Positions 36,805 through 48,543 of a DNA stretch of 64,000 nucleotides are shown here, piece by piece. The notes under the pieces are model-generated. The model did not search any database. It had not been told where the DNA came from and saw nothing but the letters and a program-made list of their open reading frames with translations. The position numbers and the translations under genes were made by a program. How positions within the stretch are numbered: position 1 is the first letter of the stretch; each line of letters begins with the position of its first letter. The DNA is taken from positions 4,340,001 through 4,404,000 of the forward strand of contig CATOCA020000001.1 in the NCBI GenBank assembly GCA_951406725.2. The letters run 5' to 3'. This DNA is from Octopus vulgaris. Lineage: Eukaryota.

Positions 36805-37949
36805 CCCATGAGGCTTTGAGACTTCCCATGATTCTTTGTTGTCGGTGTGCGCATGTGCGATTGTGTTGCACACTGAAGAAGTCATGTCTTTCGTGAAAAA
36901 TTGACCCTATGGACCCAATCAGGAAAAGATCTGGTTTTACCAGATTTTTTAACAATGGCCGGTTCCAAGTAACCGGTGATGGTTGAGGGATGCCCCCCCC
37001 CCCAAGTGTCAACTGTGCCTGGAATCAGTACACATAAGGAAAAACTGTCGCCGGGACCAGGCAAAGGTCCTGGAACAGTTAATCGATGAAGAACTCCCTG
37101 GTCCCCCAACGGAGCCCCCTGCTCCTTCATTGGAGGGAGAGAGGGAGAGAGTCGAGGAGGAGGCAACCCCCTTGAAAAAAGGAACAAAAAGAAGGTGGGC
37201 AATAATGGTTGCCCACCGATGGATCTCGAGGCGGCGTGAAAAAAGGAAAAGAAAAAGAAAAACGGGGCATCACCGGCGGCGGCATGCCTCGAAACCCCTT
37301 TGGTGGGATTGTCACCGGAGGGAGAGAAGATGGAAACCTCGTTGGTACGATGTGTGCCACCGACCGAGGGAGTGGAGGCCCCTCCCGATGCAGGTGTGGA
37401 AAGATATGTGTTCTTCTATCACAGTGGAGGGGCCATTGATAATTATGTGGAAAATATCCTTCAGAGTCGAGATCTAATAGAACCGACTTGCATGGACAGA
37501 CCAGAGTGGCCTCCGCAGGTGGCTGCTCTGCTACAGGAAAAAGAGGATTTATTTCACACACCAGACTCCTTCCCAAAGGAAGATTATAGAATATTTTCTT
37601 GGTACCCCGATTTGCGGATGCAGGAATGCCTGCAGGTCGCAAGAGAATTAATCGGGGACATGAGGTAAGGGGTTCATCGCCTCAATATGTGTCTTATTTG
37701 TGTTTTAAATTGTAATGGACTTCTTAGTCCAAAAATAGTAGAAATATTGCAAATTGTAAGAGGGTTATTACCTCAATATGTGTCTGTTTTTAAAAGAACA
37801 ATGTTTTAGAGAAGCAAAAGTCGGCGGGCGCTTTTCGTCTTCTCCCGTTCTTATACTTGTATCATTATCATTCACCTCATTAATGTCCTTGTCCAGCCCG
37901 CAAGCTACATTACTCTATGTACTGCCTTTATGGCAAATTCGATAAAATA
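36805..37949 (+). mobile_element. Second, distinct ORF1-only retroelement inserted in a SINE B head
   Basis: 13-bp TSD AAGTAGCT(C/T)GCTT at 36792 and 37950; frameshifted ORF with PVMVEG...KCQLCLESVHIRKNC (CCHC); 3' hairpin TGCC(TTTAT)GGCA followed by an A-rich end. Confidence 0.75.
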
Positions 37950-39748
37950 AAGTAGCTTGCTTACCAACCACATGGTTCCTGGTTCAGTCCCACTGCGTGG
38001 CACCTTGGCAAGTGTCTTCTACTATAGCCTCGAGCCGACCAAAGCCTTGTGAGTGGATTGGGTAGACGGAAACTGAAAGAAGCCCGACGTATGTGTGTGT
38101 GTGTGTGTTTGTCCCTCCCACCATTGCTTGACAACCGATGCTGGTGTGTTTACGTCCTGGTAACTTAGCGGTTCGACAAAAGAGACCGATAGAATAAGTA
38201 CTAGGCTTACAAAGAATAAGTCCCGGGGTCGATTTGCTCGACTAAAGGCGGTGCTCCAGCATGGCCGCAGTCAAATGACTGAAACAAGTAAAAGAGTAAA
38301 GAGAGTATGTCCATCCTACCAGCTATTTCTTGATATATAGGAATATACAGAGCCCAATACACCCAGGCAAAGCAATAATTATGCCAAATCCAGAAGACAT
38401 CTGACTGATTGATAAGCAAATGGCAACTGCCTAGCAGCATCGTTGTTATTGTCTGCGTTTCCGGTTCTTAGATCCCGGCAAGTGAGAGTCCACTTAATTT
38501 CAGCAAGAACGTAAAATTAACATGTGAGTTGTTAACCTATGTATCTATGTATATATGTATGATTTAGGAAAGGCATATTCATCATTTTACAAATACGTCA
38601 CAAAATCTGCTTAAAGTTTTTCAAAGTATATTCAATGTTTTACCTTCGTATTTTCTGTGAACTATTGCCGTAAATCCTCAAGTATAGTCCGCCCTTGAGT
38701 ATAATACGCAGGGGATTTTTAGGGGCCTATACATCTGAAAACCCTAAACCTTGTGTATAATACGCACCACTTCTCTTTTGACCTTTAAATTTTTTTGGGG
38801 GGAAATGCGGATTATACTCGAGGATTTACGGTACTTTTTAACAAGTGTTGATATATTGAAGCAAGAAGACAATAAGAATATTTTAATTTTATTTTTTTAA
38901 TTCGTAGCTAATTTATAAATTTGATTCTTTAGGCCAATGCTTGTCTCTACAACGCTTGGAGTCGTCCGTGCCCTTCCTTCGCTTGTTTATTACACATCCT
39001 CCGACTTAAATTTCAATAAGGGGCGGGTAGGGAGCATGGATATAGATGAGGTCTCTAATGTACCTTTAGGATGAAGAGAGCAATTTTTGAAATTTTGTTG
39101 AATATGCTGCTCCTTCAGCGAACTTCCGAACGCGTGAGTGATATGTCTGCAGTGTGTGTTGATAACTTGGTACAATAGTTGGAGACCTCTGGCATATATT
39201 GTGAATACATATTAGAAAAGCATAACCTTTGGAAACTTTCACTTCCTTTTTCTGTTATAAGAGCTTTCGTGTCTCTTGCTTTCCGTCTACCACTCCACTC
39301 ACAAGGCTTTGGTTGACTCGAGGCTATAGTAGAAGACACTTAAGGCGGCGAGCTGGCAGAAACGTTAGCGCGCCGGGCAAAATGCTTAGCGGTATTTCGT
39401 CTGTCGTTACGTTCTGAGTTCAAATTCCGCCGAGGTCGACTTTGCCTTTCATCCTTTCGGGTACGATAAATAAAGTACCAGTTTCGCACTGGGGTCGATG
39501 TAATCGACTTAGCCCCTGTGTAATAAAGAAATAGTATTTCGTCTGTCGTTACGTTCTGAGTTCCGTTGTAATCGACTTAATCCGTTTGTCTGTCCTTGTT
39601 TGTCCCCTCTGTGTTTAGCCCCTTGTAAAGAAATATATAGTAGAAGACACTTGCCTAAAGTGCCACGCAATGGGACTGAACCCGGAACCATGTGGCTGGT
39701 AAGCAAGCTACTTACCACACAGCCACTCCTGCACCAATAAAAAAAGTG

Positions 39749-39810
39749 CTCCCATGCCGGGAATCGAACCCGTACCGCCTGGGTGAGAGCCATGAATCCA
39801 AACTACTATA
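39749..39810 (-). pseudogene. 5'-truncated tRNA-Glu(CTC)-like pseudogene
   Basis: Minus strand ...GGATTCATGGCTCTCACCCAGGCGGTACGGGTTCGATTCCCGGCATGGGAG followed by CACTTTTTTT. The 5' acceptor strand is missing and there is no CCA. Confidence 0.7.
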
Positions 39811-40520
39811 TAAAAATAAATTAGCTTTATTAGAGTATATCAAATTTTGTTTAAGAAAATTTCGCCTTTAATGGTTCTTTCCAGGTTCTAAAAAATTAGG
39901 ATATTCAAGAAGTACGCGCGGGTCGATTTACTATTCATATCTCAAAGTTTTGTTATTGTAGCTATGTTTGAAATGAAGATGACGGTGGCCCATGGGGCAT
40001 AAAGTGTCATGCTGTGTTAAGTGACTTCTCTTTAGATACTGAACTCAGATCCAACCTGGAACAAAAATTAAAAGTACCAGTAATATACTCTGTCGATATG
40101 ACTCCGTTGCAACAACTCCACATCTAACATCAGTACGTGTAATCTTATGTTGTAGTCTATGTTCATTCCAGAAAAGAATCCAGTTGGAAGTTTTTTTCCA
40201 AGGGAAATAACTGTTGTTTATTAATTCAAGGTAGATAGTCTCCCCTGGTAGTTCCTTCGACCCAGCCAACTACCGTTCTATTGTTAACCCTTCTAACATC
40301 TCTGAGGTAATGGAAGCAGCTATTAATAATGATGTTCTCCAACAGTGTGAACCTCTCTTTCCCGCTCTCTCTCTCTCCTTCTCTCTCTCTCTCCGTTAGA
40401 ACTTAGAGTCAGTATAGATGCACTTCTTGTCAGTTACAGCCAGTTCTTTTTTTTACCTGAAAGGATGTAAGATTTTGCTGTCGCCTTCATTTTTCTTCTG
40501 CCAACTTTCTGTGTGTGCGC

Positions 40521-40553
<33 letters not shown>

Positions 40554-40989
40554 AAATACTCCAGTGAAAAATAATTATTACAAAATAAGCAACAACTCAG
40601 AAAAAAAATCTAAGCAAGGTTCAACAAATCGCTTAAAAAATAAAATAAAACGAAATTTTAAAAATTTCAGCAGCCTAAGGAAATGCTACTGCTACAGATG
40701 ATACAATAAACGCAGAATATCGAAAACACGAGCATTGCTTTTCAGTGTAGCCCTAGAAAGCGATATATTCACACTAGGTACATCTTTGATAATAAATCTT
40801 AAGCGGAAAATAAAATAGAATATATTATAATCAAGGGACATTACTCTTTTCTTGAGAGCGTATTTATTTCCCTTGTTGCAAATCTGAAGCGATGACACAC
40901 AGCACGACCGCAACTGCTAAGTGTTACCACCTGGGAAGGTCTTGCAATATTTGACGGAACACTTGCCATGAAGATGAATCTGCAAGCTA

Positions 40990-41069
<80 letters not shown>

Positions 41070-41282
41070 ACATACACACACAAGCATACACGCACATACA
41101 CACACGCACAAACATACACGCACAAACACAAACATACACACAAACACAAACATACACACAAACACAAACATACACACACACAAACACAAACATACACACA
41201 AACACAAACATACACACACAAACACAAACATACACACACACACACACAAACATACACACACACACACAAACATACACACACA

Positions 41283-41341
<59 letters not shown>

Positions 41342-41485
41342 ACACACACACATACACACACACACACACAAACATACACATACAAACATGCACACGCATA
41401 CACATACACGCACAATCCACAGACTTAAATACATACGCTCTCAGACACAAAATCACTGATACAAACGCAGTCACAGAAAAATAAT

Positions 41486-41551
<66 letters not shown>

Positions 41552-42796
41552 TAGTGTGTTTATTTGATCAAATTTAATGATGAGCGAGCAGCTGTTTAAA
41601 ACAAAAATAGATGAGAAGATAAAGATGAGTGGATGAAATGAAGGAACACAATAGCAAAAGCTGTCCAAATTAACCATTCTCGTTCAATATTGAGAACAGC
41701 AACTCTTCCTCTGCCTACCACTCAAGCCATGCATCTGAAACCACACAACTGGCAATATTTTGCCGACCCCCATATGCGTAGTACCCCAGTATTATTGGAT
41801 TACCATAAGGCGGCGAGCTGGCAGGAACGTTAGCACGCCGGCCAAAGTGCCTTGCGGTATTTCGTCCGCCGCTGCGTTCTGAGTTCAAATTCCGCCGAGG
41901 TCGACTTTGCCTTTCATTCTTTCGGGGTCGATAAATTAAGTACTAGTTACGCACTGGAGTCGATATAATCGACTTAATCCGTTTGTCTATCCTTGTTTGT
42001 CCCCTCTGTGTTTAGCCCCTTGGGTGTAGTAAAGAAATAGGTATTTCATCCGCCGCTACGTTCTGAGTTCAAATTCCGCCGAGGTCGACTTTGCCTTTCA
42101 TCCTTTCGGGGTCAATTAAATAAGTACCAGTTACGCACTGGGGTCGATATAATCGACTTAATCAGTTTGTCCTCTCTGTGTTTAGCCCCTTGTGGGTAGT
42201 AAAGAAATAATTATTGGATTACCATGATTCTATTGGTCCGTTCATAGTTCTTGAGGAGGGGACTCTGTGGTGGATGGTCTTGCCGGTTGTCGAAAATCAC
42301 CCTCCTCACCGACAACTAAACTGGTAGAATCACAAGTTCAGTTGTCGGCGACAAAAACATGCAGCGGATTGCACTGATTCTGGGTTAACAACAGGATTCT
42401 CGCGTGACATAATTGCACGTATACAAATGTGTGTGTGTGTGTTTATGTATGTTCTATGTACGTACGTACGTATGTATGTATGTATGTATGTATGTATGTA
42501 TGTATGTATGTATGTATGTATGTGTGTGTATATATATACATGTATGTATGTATTTATGTGTGTATACATATATAAATATATAATACATATGCATATGCAT
42601 GCATATATTATTATGCTATAGACATACTCATATACGCACACACGCACACAAACATACATGCATACGTGTATGCATACATACATACATACATACATACATA
42701 CATACATACATACATACATACATACATACATACATACATACATACATACATACATACATACATACATACATACATGCATGCATACATACATATATT

Positions 42797-43110
42797 ATGG
42801 CTTCCCCCTCGTTATCGCGTATGGCCATTGCACGAAGCTTAACTGTTATTGGTGCTGTGATCGAATGTGACTTTTTAGACCAGCTAAAGATCTACAATGT
42901 CTTGTACAGAATTGGCAGCTAAAACCTTTACCGGTAATAGCCGGTTGTAGTTGCAACTGGGCTTCATGTACCTTTGCATGTCGTTTAAGTCCTCCTCCCG
43001 AATTACACTCTCTTCCACATGCCCGACAGATATGATTAGTATGGTGTGTTACACCACCACCAGTGGCCAGGTTGTCACTCATCTGTCTCGTTTTATGACT
43101 ACGAAGTCTA
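42797..43110 (-). mobile_element. 3' end of an RTE-like LINE (C-terminal C2H2-like fingers and short 3' UTR)
   Basis: HICRACGRECNSGGGLKRHAKVH and FSCQFCTRHCRSLAGLKSHIRSQH*; embedded in (CATA)n. Confidence 0.65.
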
Positions 43111-44926
43111 TTCCTGTATGTATGTATGTATGTATGCATGCATGTATGTGCATATATGAGTATGTCTATAACAATAATATATGCATACATATGCATATAT
43201 ATTATATATTTATATATGTATACACACATAGATACATACATACATGTATATACACACACATACATACATGCATACATACATACATGCATACACACCCATA
43301 CCTACATACATACATGCATACACACCCATACATACATGCATACATACCCATACATGCATGCATACGTACATACATACATGCATGCATGCATACATGCATA
43401 CATACATACATACATACTCACAAACGCATACACATGTCATATGTGTGTATTGAATAAATTTGAATAATTGTGTGTATGTGTGTGTGTGTGCATTTGCGTG
43501 TGTGTTTGTGAGTGTGTGTGCGCGCGCGCGCGACAGAAAGACAGACAGAGAATGAGATTGAAGCATCTACTTTCTAATCCAAAGTAATATAATTGTTTCC
43601 ATATTGTGTTTATGACGTCACAATATCGTTGACGTTTTTTTTTTTTTTTCGTGAGATTTGATTTGAAAACTCTTCAGTCTCTTTCAACCTTTCTCGGTGA
43701 TTAGAGGCTAGGGAATGTGTGCGCCAGAGGGCGTACCCAGACATCTGAAGACTAGGGTGAAGTAACAGACATCTTCAGCTTGCTTTTATGTTTGTGAGGT
43801 TGTTTTATGCACCTTTGAGTTCTTAAGCACCCAATCTAACATGCTGGTTGGTAGCATAACATAGTTACAAGGTTTCCGGTAGCATTCCTGTACCCGGATG
43901 AACTGTTAACCAGGCCATTTCAGGAGAGAAAACCTGGGGGTTCCAACCAGAAACATATACCTCACTCGCAATACATTCCATAATATATTTTATTATAAAT
44001 AGTGAGAAAGTAAAGAATGTGACGTTAAATAATAAAGATGATGGAAACGAAATACTGCTTCCTCAAGTTATAATCATTCGTGTGTCAAGAAAATATACTT
44101 ATAAACATGGTAAGTATTTAAATGAATATAAAAAATATTGTCTGTTGCTATTAAACTGTTTGAAGATCTTTTAAGAGATTTTTTTTTATAGTAAAGCAAA
44201 ATAAATTCTTCATTAGATGTTCGATATTCTGCTTATATCACTATTTTTTGTTCCTTCTCGAGTCATGCCTGGCTCATGAGGGTCGGTTTCCCTCTTTCAT
44301 TGGCGTATAGGTTCCCTACCTGGACAGGATACCGGTCCCTCGCATGTGAGCTGCTAGATGCAGGAGGAAAGTGTAAGAGGAAGTTGTGGTGAAAGAATCA
44401 GCGAAAGTTAACTATTTCATTACCTTCTGCCGGAGCCACGTGGTGCTTATGTGTTTTGCTCATAAACCATAAACACACTGTGGTGTGTGGTGAAGGAGTG
44501 TGACGGATGGGGGAGAGCGGAAGTGGGGCTTGGGGAGAATGAGATGGACTGGGCAACAGGTGGACGTGTTTGCCAATGAGCTTAGAAGACTGGCTAAATT
44601 GGCGGGTTATGAGGGAGTGTAGCGAGTGTGTGCGATTTGAATATAGAGGCACCTACCTTCTCTTCGTGGTGACGGAGATCCTCCCGAGATGGCTGGTCCT
44701 TCCTCACAGCCCCTACCCGAACACTAACGATAGCAGCTGCTAGCCCCAAACCCTTTAGCGACTTCCTCGCACGTCTTGTCACCAGCACAACCCACGTTGG
44801 AAAGGTCAACTTCCGCCCCCTGCGCGCGCTTGACGGCTGACCCCTTCCGCTTGCCCCAGCTTCCGGTCAACGCACCCCGCTGGCTGACGTCCTGCTGCTG
44901 ACGTCATCCCACACGCCACCCTGATC

Positions 44927-47797
44927 TTAAAGATCACAATCTCTCCGCTCCATGTTGTAGTCTACCATCAAACCGGGAGAACGCCTTGCTCGTTGAGATC
45001 TTCTCAAGCTGGGCTCCTCACTCTCCCCCTCTCCCGAATCATCGTCCGTCGAAGTAACAATCCTGCGAAGGTCCAAGACATGTCGTGGTGTGCCATCTAC
45101 GGATACGTTGCTTCTGGAATTGATCGCCGTCACCGTTCCTCTGCTCCATTGAGACGTACAGCGCGCCTTTGGTGGCTTGACCCAGACTTCCTCCCCTATT
45201 TTCACGCGAACGGGTCCCTTCTCTTCCTCGTGACCCTCCGGCGCTTTGCTCGGGTGCCTCCATTCATATTTGAACACAGCTCTCTGCGGCACAGATTCCT
45301 CAGCCTGTCCGGATCGGGGAGACAAGTTGTACCAAAACACTTCTTCAAGCGGCGAAATGTGCCCTCTTTCCGCTATGGCCTTGACTGTCCGATGGTGCCT
45401 CTCCACGATCCCGTTACCGCCCGGCCTATACGCTGCTCTGAACAAGCGTCGCACGTTCCACCGATCAAGCATAACCCTCAATGCTTCCGAACGAAACGCC
45501 GCCCCGTTGTCCATCAGTAGTTCTTCCACGGGACCTCTCTCTAAAAATATCCCGTTCAGGAACTGCACGATCTCGTCAGCAATGCCCGATCTCAACTCCC
45601 TCCAAATGGCCAGCCGGCCCGGCCCACAGTCGACCATGGAGAGGTACATTCGCTGACGGTAGTGTGTCACATCCACAGCTAGCCTTTTCCAGTTCTGCTC
45701 CACGGAAAGGCTTCCCTGTTCATGCCCACACGGAGCAGGGTCGATGGACTGACACCTGTCGCAGCTCCCGACCACCTTCTGGACGCTTCTCCTGGTCACG
45801 TCAGCATCAATCTTTTTTGCCAGATACAGGGTCCTGTCCACACCCAGGTGATGCATAGCGTGCAGTTTCTTCAGTTCAGAGTCATCCAACCGACACGCCG
45901 CAGCTATCCCTTTCCGGGCCTCCTCCGGTTCTTCTAACCACGCCCTTTTCACCCTGGTCAGTACGTCCGCCTTGTTTTTCTCCGAAGACACGAAGACCAC
46001 GTTCAGCTTCAGTCCGAATTCGGCGATCAATTCACCTAGAACTCCTAGACGGCGCTTCACTAACATCTCCGCAGCACCTTTCGTCCGCACTCTCCTGTCA
46101 CCGGTGATCACCGATCCTACCCAGCCAAGCACAGTGGCCGAATCCGTCCGCATTTCAATCGTGCGCAGCCCCCATTTCAAGGCCAAGTTCACCCCTTTCA
46201 GCAGCGCGTCTAATTCGGCGACATTGATGTGGTTGAAATCATCTGCTTTCCGAAGCCAGGCCGCGTCCTCCACCGCAGTGCCTTCGATTGCCAACACCAC
46301 CCCTATCGCTATACTGCTAGCATCACACCAGACGGTCCCGCATTTCGTCTTGGGCACGTACCAGTTCCCCTCACCGGGTCTTCCGCTCTGTCCTCTCTAG
46401 GATCTCCTGCATCATCGCCACCGTCCCTTCTCCCACCTTGTCGCCCCACCTCTCTCCTTCTGCTCGTCTCTTGGTGTAACTACACGCCGTGCGCAGCCAT
46501 CCAGCGATCGGGTAGTGACCGACCAACTTCCCACACACCGAGAACAGCTATCTCCTACTGACGCTGGAACTCAGCTCTGAGATTTCATTTCCTCTCCGGA
46601 ACACCAATTCACCTGATCTATCTCTTCGCAGCTTCAGCCCCAGCGCGGCTCCCCTTCAATCGACTCCGGTGGCTTAGCAACCAGTCCGAACTTCTCCAGA
46701 TGTCTCACTACCTCGTCGGCTGGCACTACAGTTTCGTCCACCAAAATGTCGTCAATGTAGGAGCTGGTGGCCTTCCTAATCTTGCCGTTTTTCCCTAGGA
46801 CGGACCTAAGCACTGCCGCCATGATCTTCGGAGCGGAATTCAGCCCGAAACCCAGCCTGGTTAGACAGTACGTCCGGCCCTTGTACCGCACCAGCTGATA
46901 TCGCCATAGTTTGTCGCACACATGGAGCTGCAAGTCGACAATCGTCGCTGCCTCAGTCGACTGTCTCCACTTACGTAATGCCTCACCACAAACGTCTGTC
47001 GCCTCACCTCCCGTGTGACACGATATGTGCTGGTTTAGCTCCCTGAAGTCCAGCACCGGTCTGACTTTTCCCTTCGTAGGCTGCACCACCGCCATCAGGG
47101 GTAGCACTCCGCCCCGCTACCTCCTCCTTCCAAGGGACAAGGACCCCTTCCTCGATCCACCTCTCCACCTCTCCACCTCGTCTTCAAACCCAACCCTGGC
47201 GTGGCCTTTCAGGGTATGCTGGTAACAGCTCACCCTGTTCTCCAGTGTCGGGGGCTCGTCCTTCCATTTCCACTCTATCGTCCACCGCTGACCATCGAAC
47301 GCCGTCTGGAAGTCTTTGTCCTCGATGGTGTAAGCGGCGCAGTCCCTCGTGGGGCTCTGCTCCCTCTGGCGATCCTGACTCGCAGTGCACGACGCCCCCA
47401 CGCTTCCGAACGTGACCTCATTTCCCACAACACTGACGCCACCGAGGCAGTTGATGGTGTCCATCCCCATCACCACATCAACTCCATTTATCACGCGTTC
47501 GGCCACAATTGCCTGTAGCCTTAGCGTCGCGCCGCGCACCACTATCTCTACCTTGCTGCTGCCTCTGCAACGGATTTCGCTGCCGTCGACCGCCCGGACA
47601 CTACACACCCCGTTCCATTCCTTCGTCACCCTCGAAGTCACCAGGGTGGTCGTACAGCCCGTATCCACAAGGGCCTTGAACGTCTCCCCCTCGGCCTCCA
47701 CGTCAATCAATGGCAGCGTCTCCAATAGCGCCTCTACTCGTTTGAGGGGAAAGTTCGAGAGGCAGCAACTTCCCCGCGGTCGTTTCCCTGGCCGCAA
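44927..47797 (-). pseudogene. pol: pol of element X (protease, RT, RNase H, integrase), frameshifted
   Basis: ALVDTGC; RLGFGLNSAP and SYIDDILV; WCDASSIAIG, INVAELDA, TDSATV; HHLGVDRT..CDRC, VDVTHY, MDNGAAF, NGIVERHHRTVK. Confidence 0.92.
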
Positions 47798-48498
47798 TCA
47801 CGGGCAATATGCCCTGTCTGCCTGCATCGATAGCAAACGGGCCCCGGCTGCGTACAGTCCCGCGCCATGTGCGGTCCCTGGCATCTAAAACATCGTCCTG
47901 AGAACGGCCGCTCTCGTTGCACGGTGTGCTTCTGTACCTCTTTCTCGGGACGTCGTCCATCTTTACGCGCCTCCGTCACCGCCATCGCTATCGCCTTCCG
48001 CCCAGAGTGTCTCGTCAACGCGCGAGCATGAGTTACAAGTTCGCTCAATGGCATCTTTTTGACCCCGGGCAGTCGTTGTAGGTGAATCCCTACATCGTCG
48101 GGGAACCCATTCACGAACGCCAGTCGGGCTGCTCTCTCCAGTTCTTCTCCGGCAAACCCGGCCAGAGTCGCTAGCCTTCAAGCTTCCGATGCAAAATCAT
48201 CCACCTGGCCTCCCGTCCACCTGATTGCACCTAGCTTAGCGAAAGCTGTGTACTCGCATTCCGTGTATGCGTCACACAAGCGCCGCTCTATATTCTCATC
48301 GCAGAGCCGTTCTTCGACATCCATCTCTAGGTAAAGCGACAACGCACTCCCTTCCAAATACAGCGCCATAAGACTCGCCACGTCGCTTATGCCCTGCAGT
48401 CTCGCCACCAGCCTGATTTTCTGAATCCAGGCCACTACATCGCCTTCGCCGTTAAAAGGTCTGACGACGTCACTGGCGATCCTAATTTTTGCAGACAT
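47734..48498 (-). pseudogene. gag: gag of element X with two zinc knuckles (one frameshift at ~48180)
   Basis: PFNGEGDVVAWIQK...LYLEGSALSLY; CFRCQGPHMARDC and CYRCRQTGHIARDC. Confidence 0.88.
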
Positions 48499-48531
48499 CG
48501 TGTTGAAAAAAAATGTGAATGTTTACGAACT

Positions 48532-48543
48532 GCCGATATAGCT
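48532..48543 (-). promoter_or_regulatory. Non-canonical primer-binding site of element X (AGCTATATCGGC)
   Basis: Directly abuts the 5' LTR end (...ACTACA); 11/12 complementary to the tRNA-Phe 5' end GCCGAAATAGCT. Confidence 0.7.

Noticed and set aside
40045-40269. 74-aa minus-strand ORF
   Set aside because: Most likely a decayed LINE RT fragment (RQSILLVLLIF recalls QGSILGPLLF); no gene evidence.
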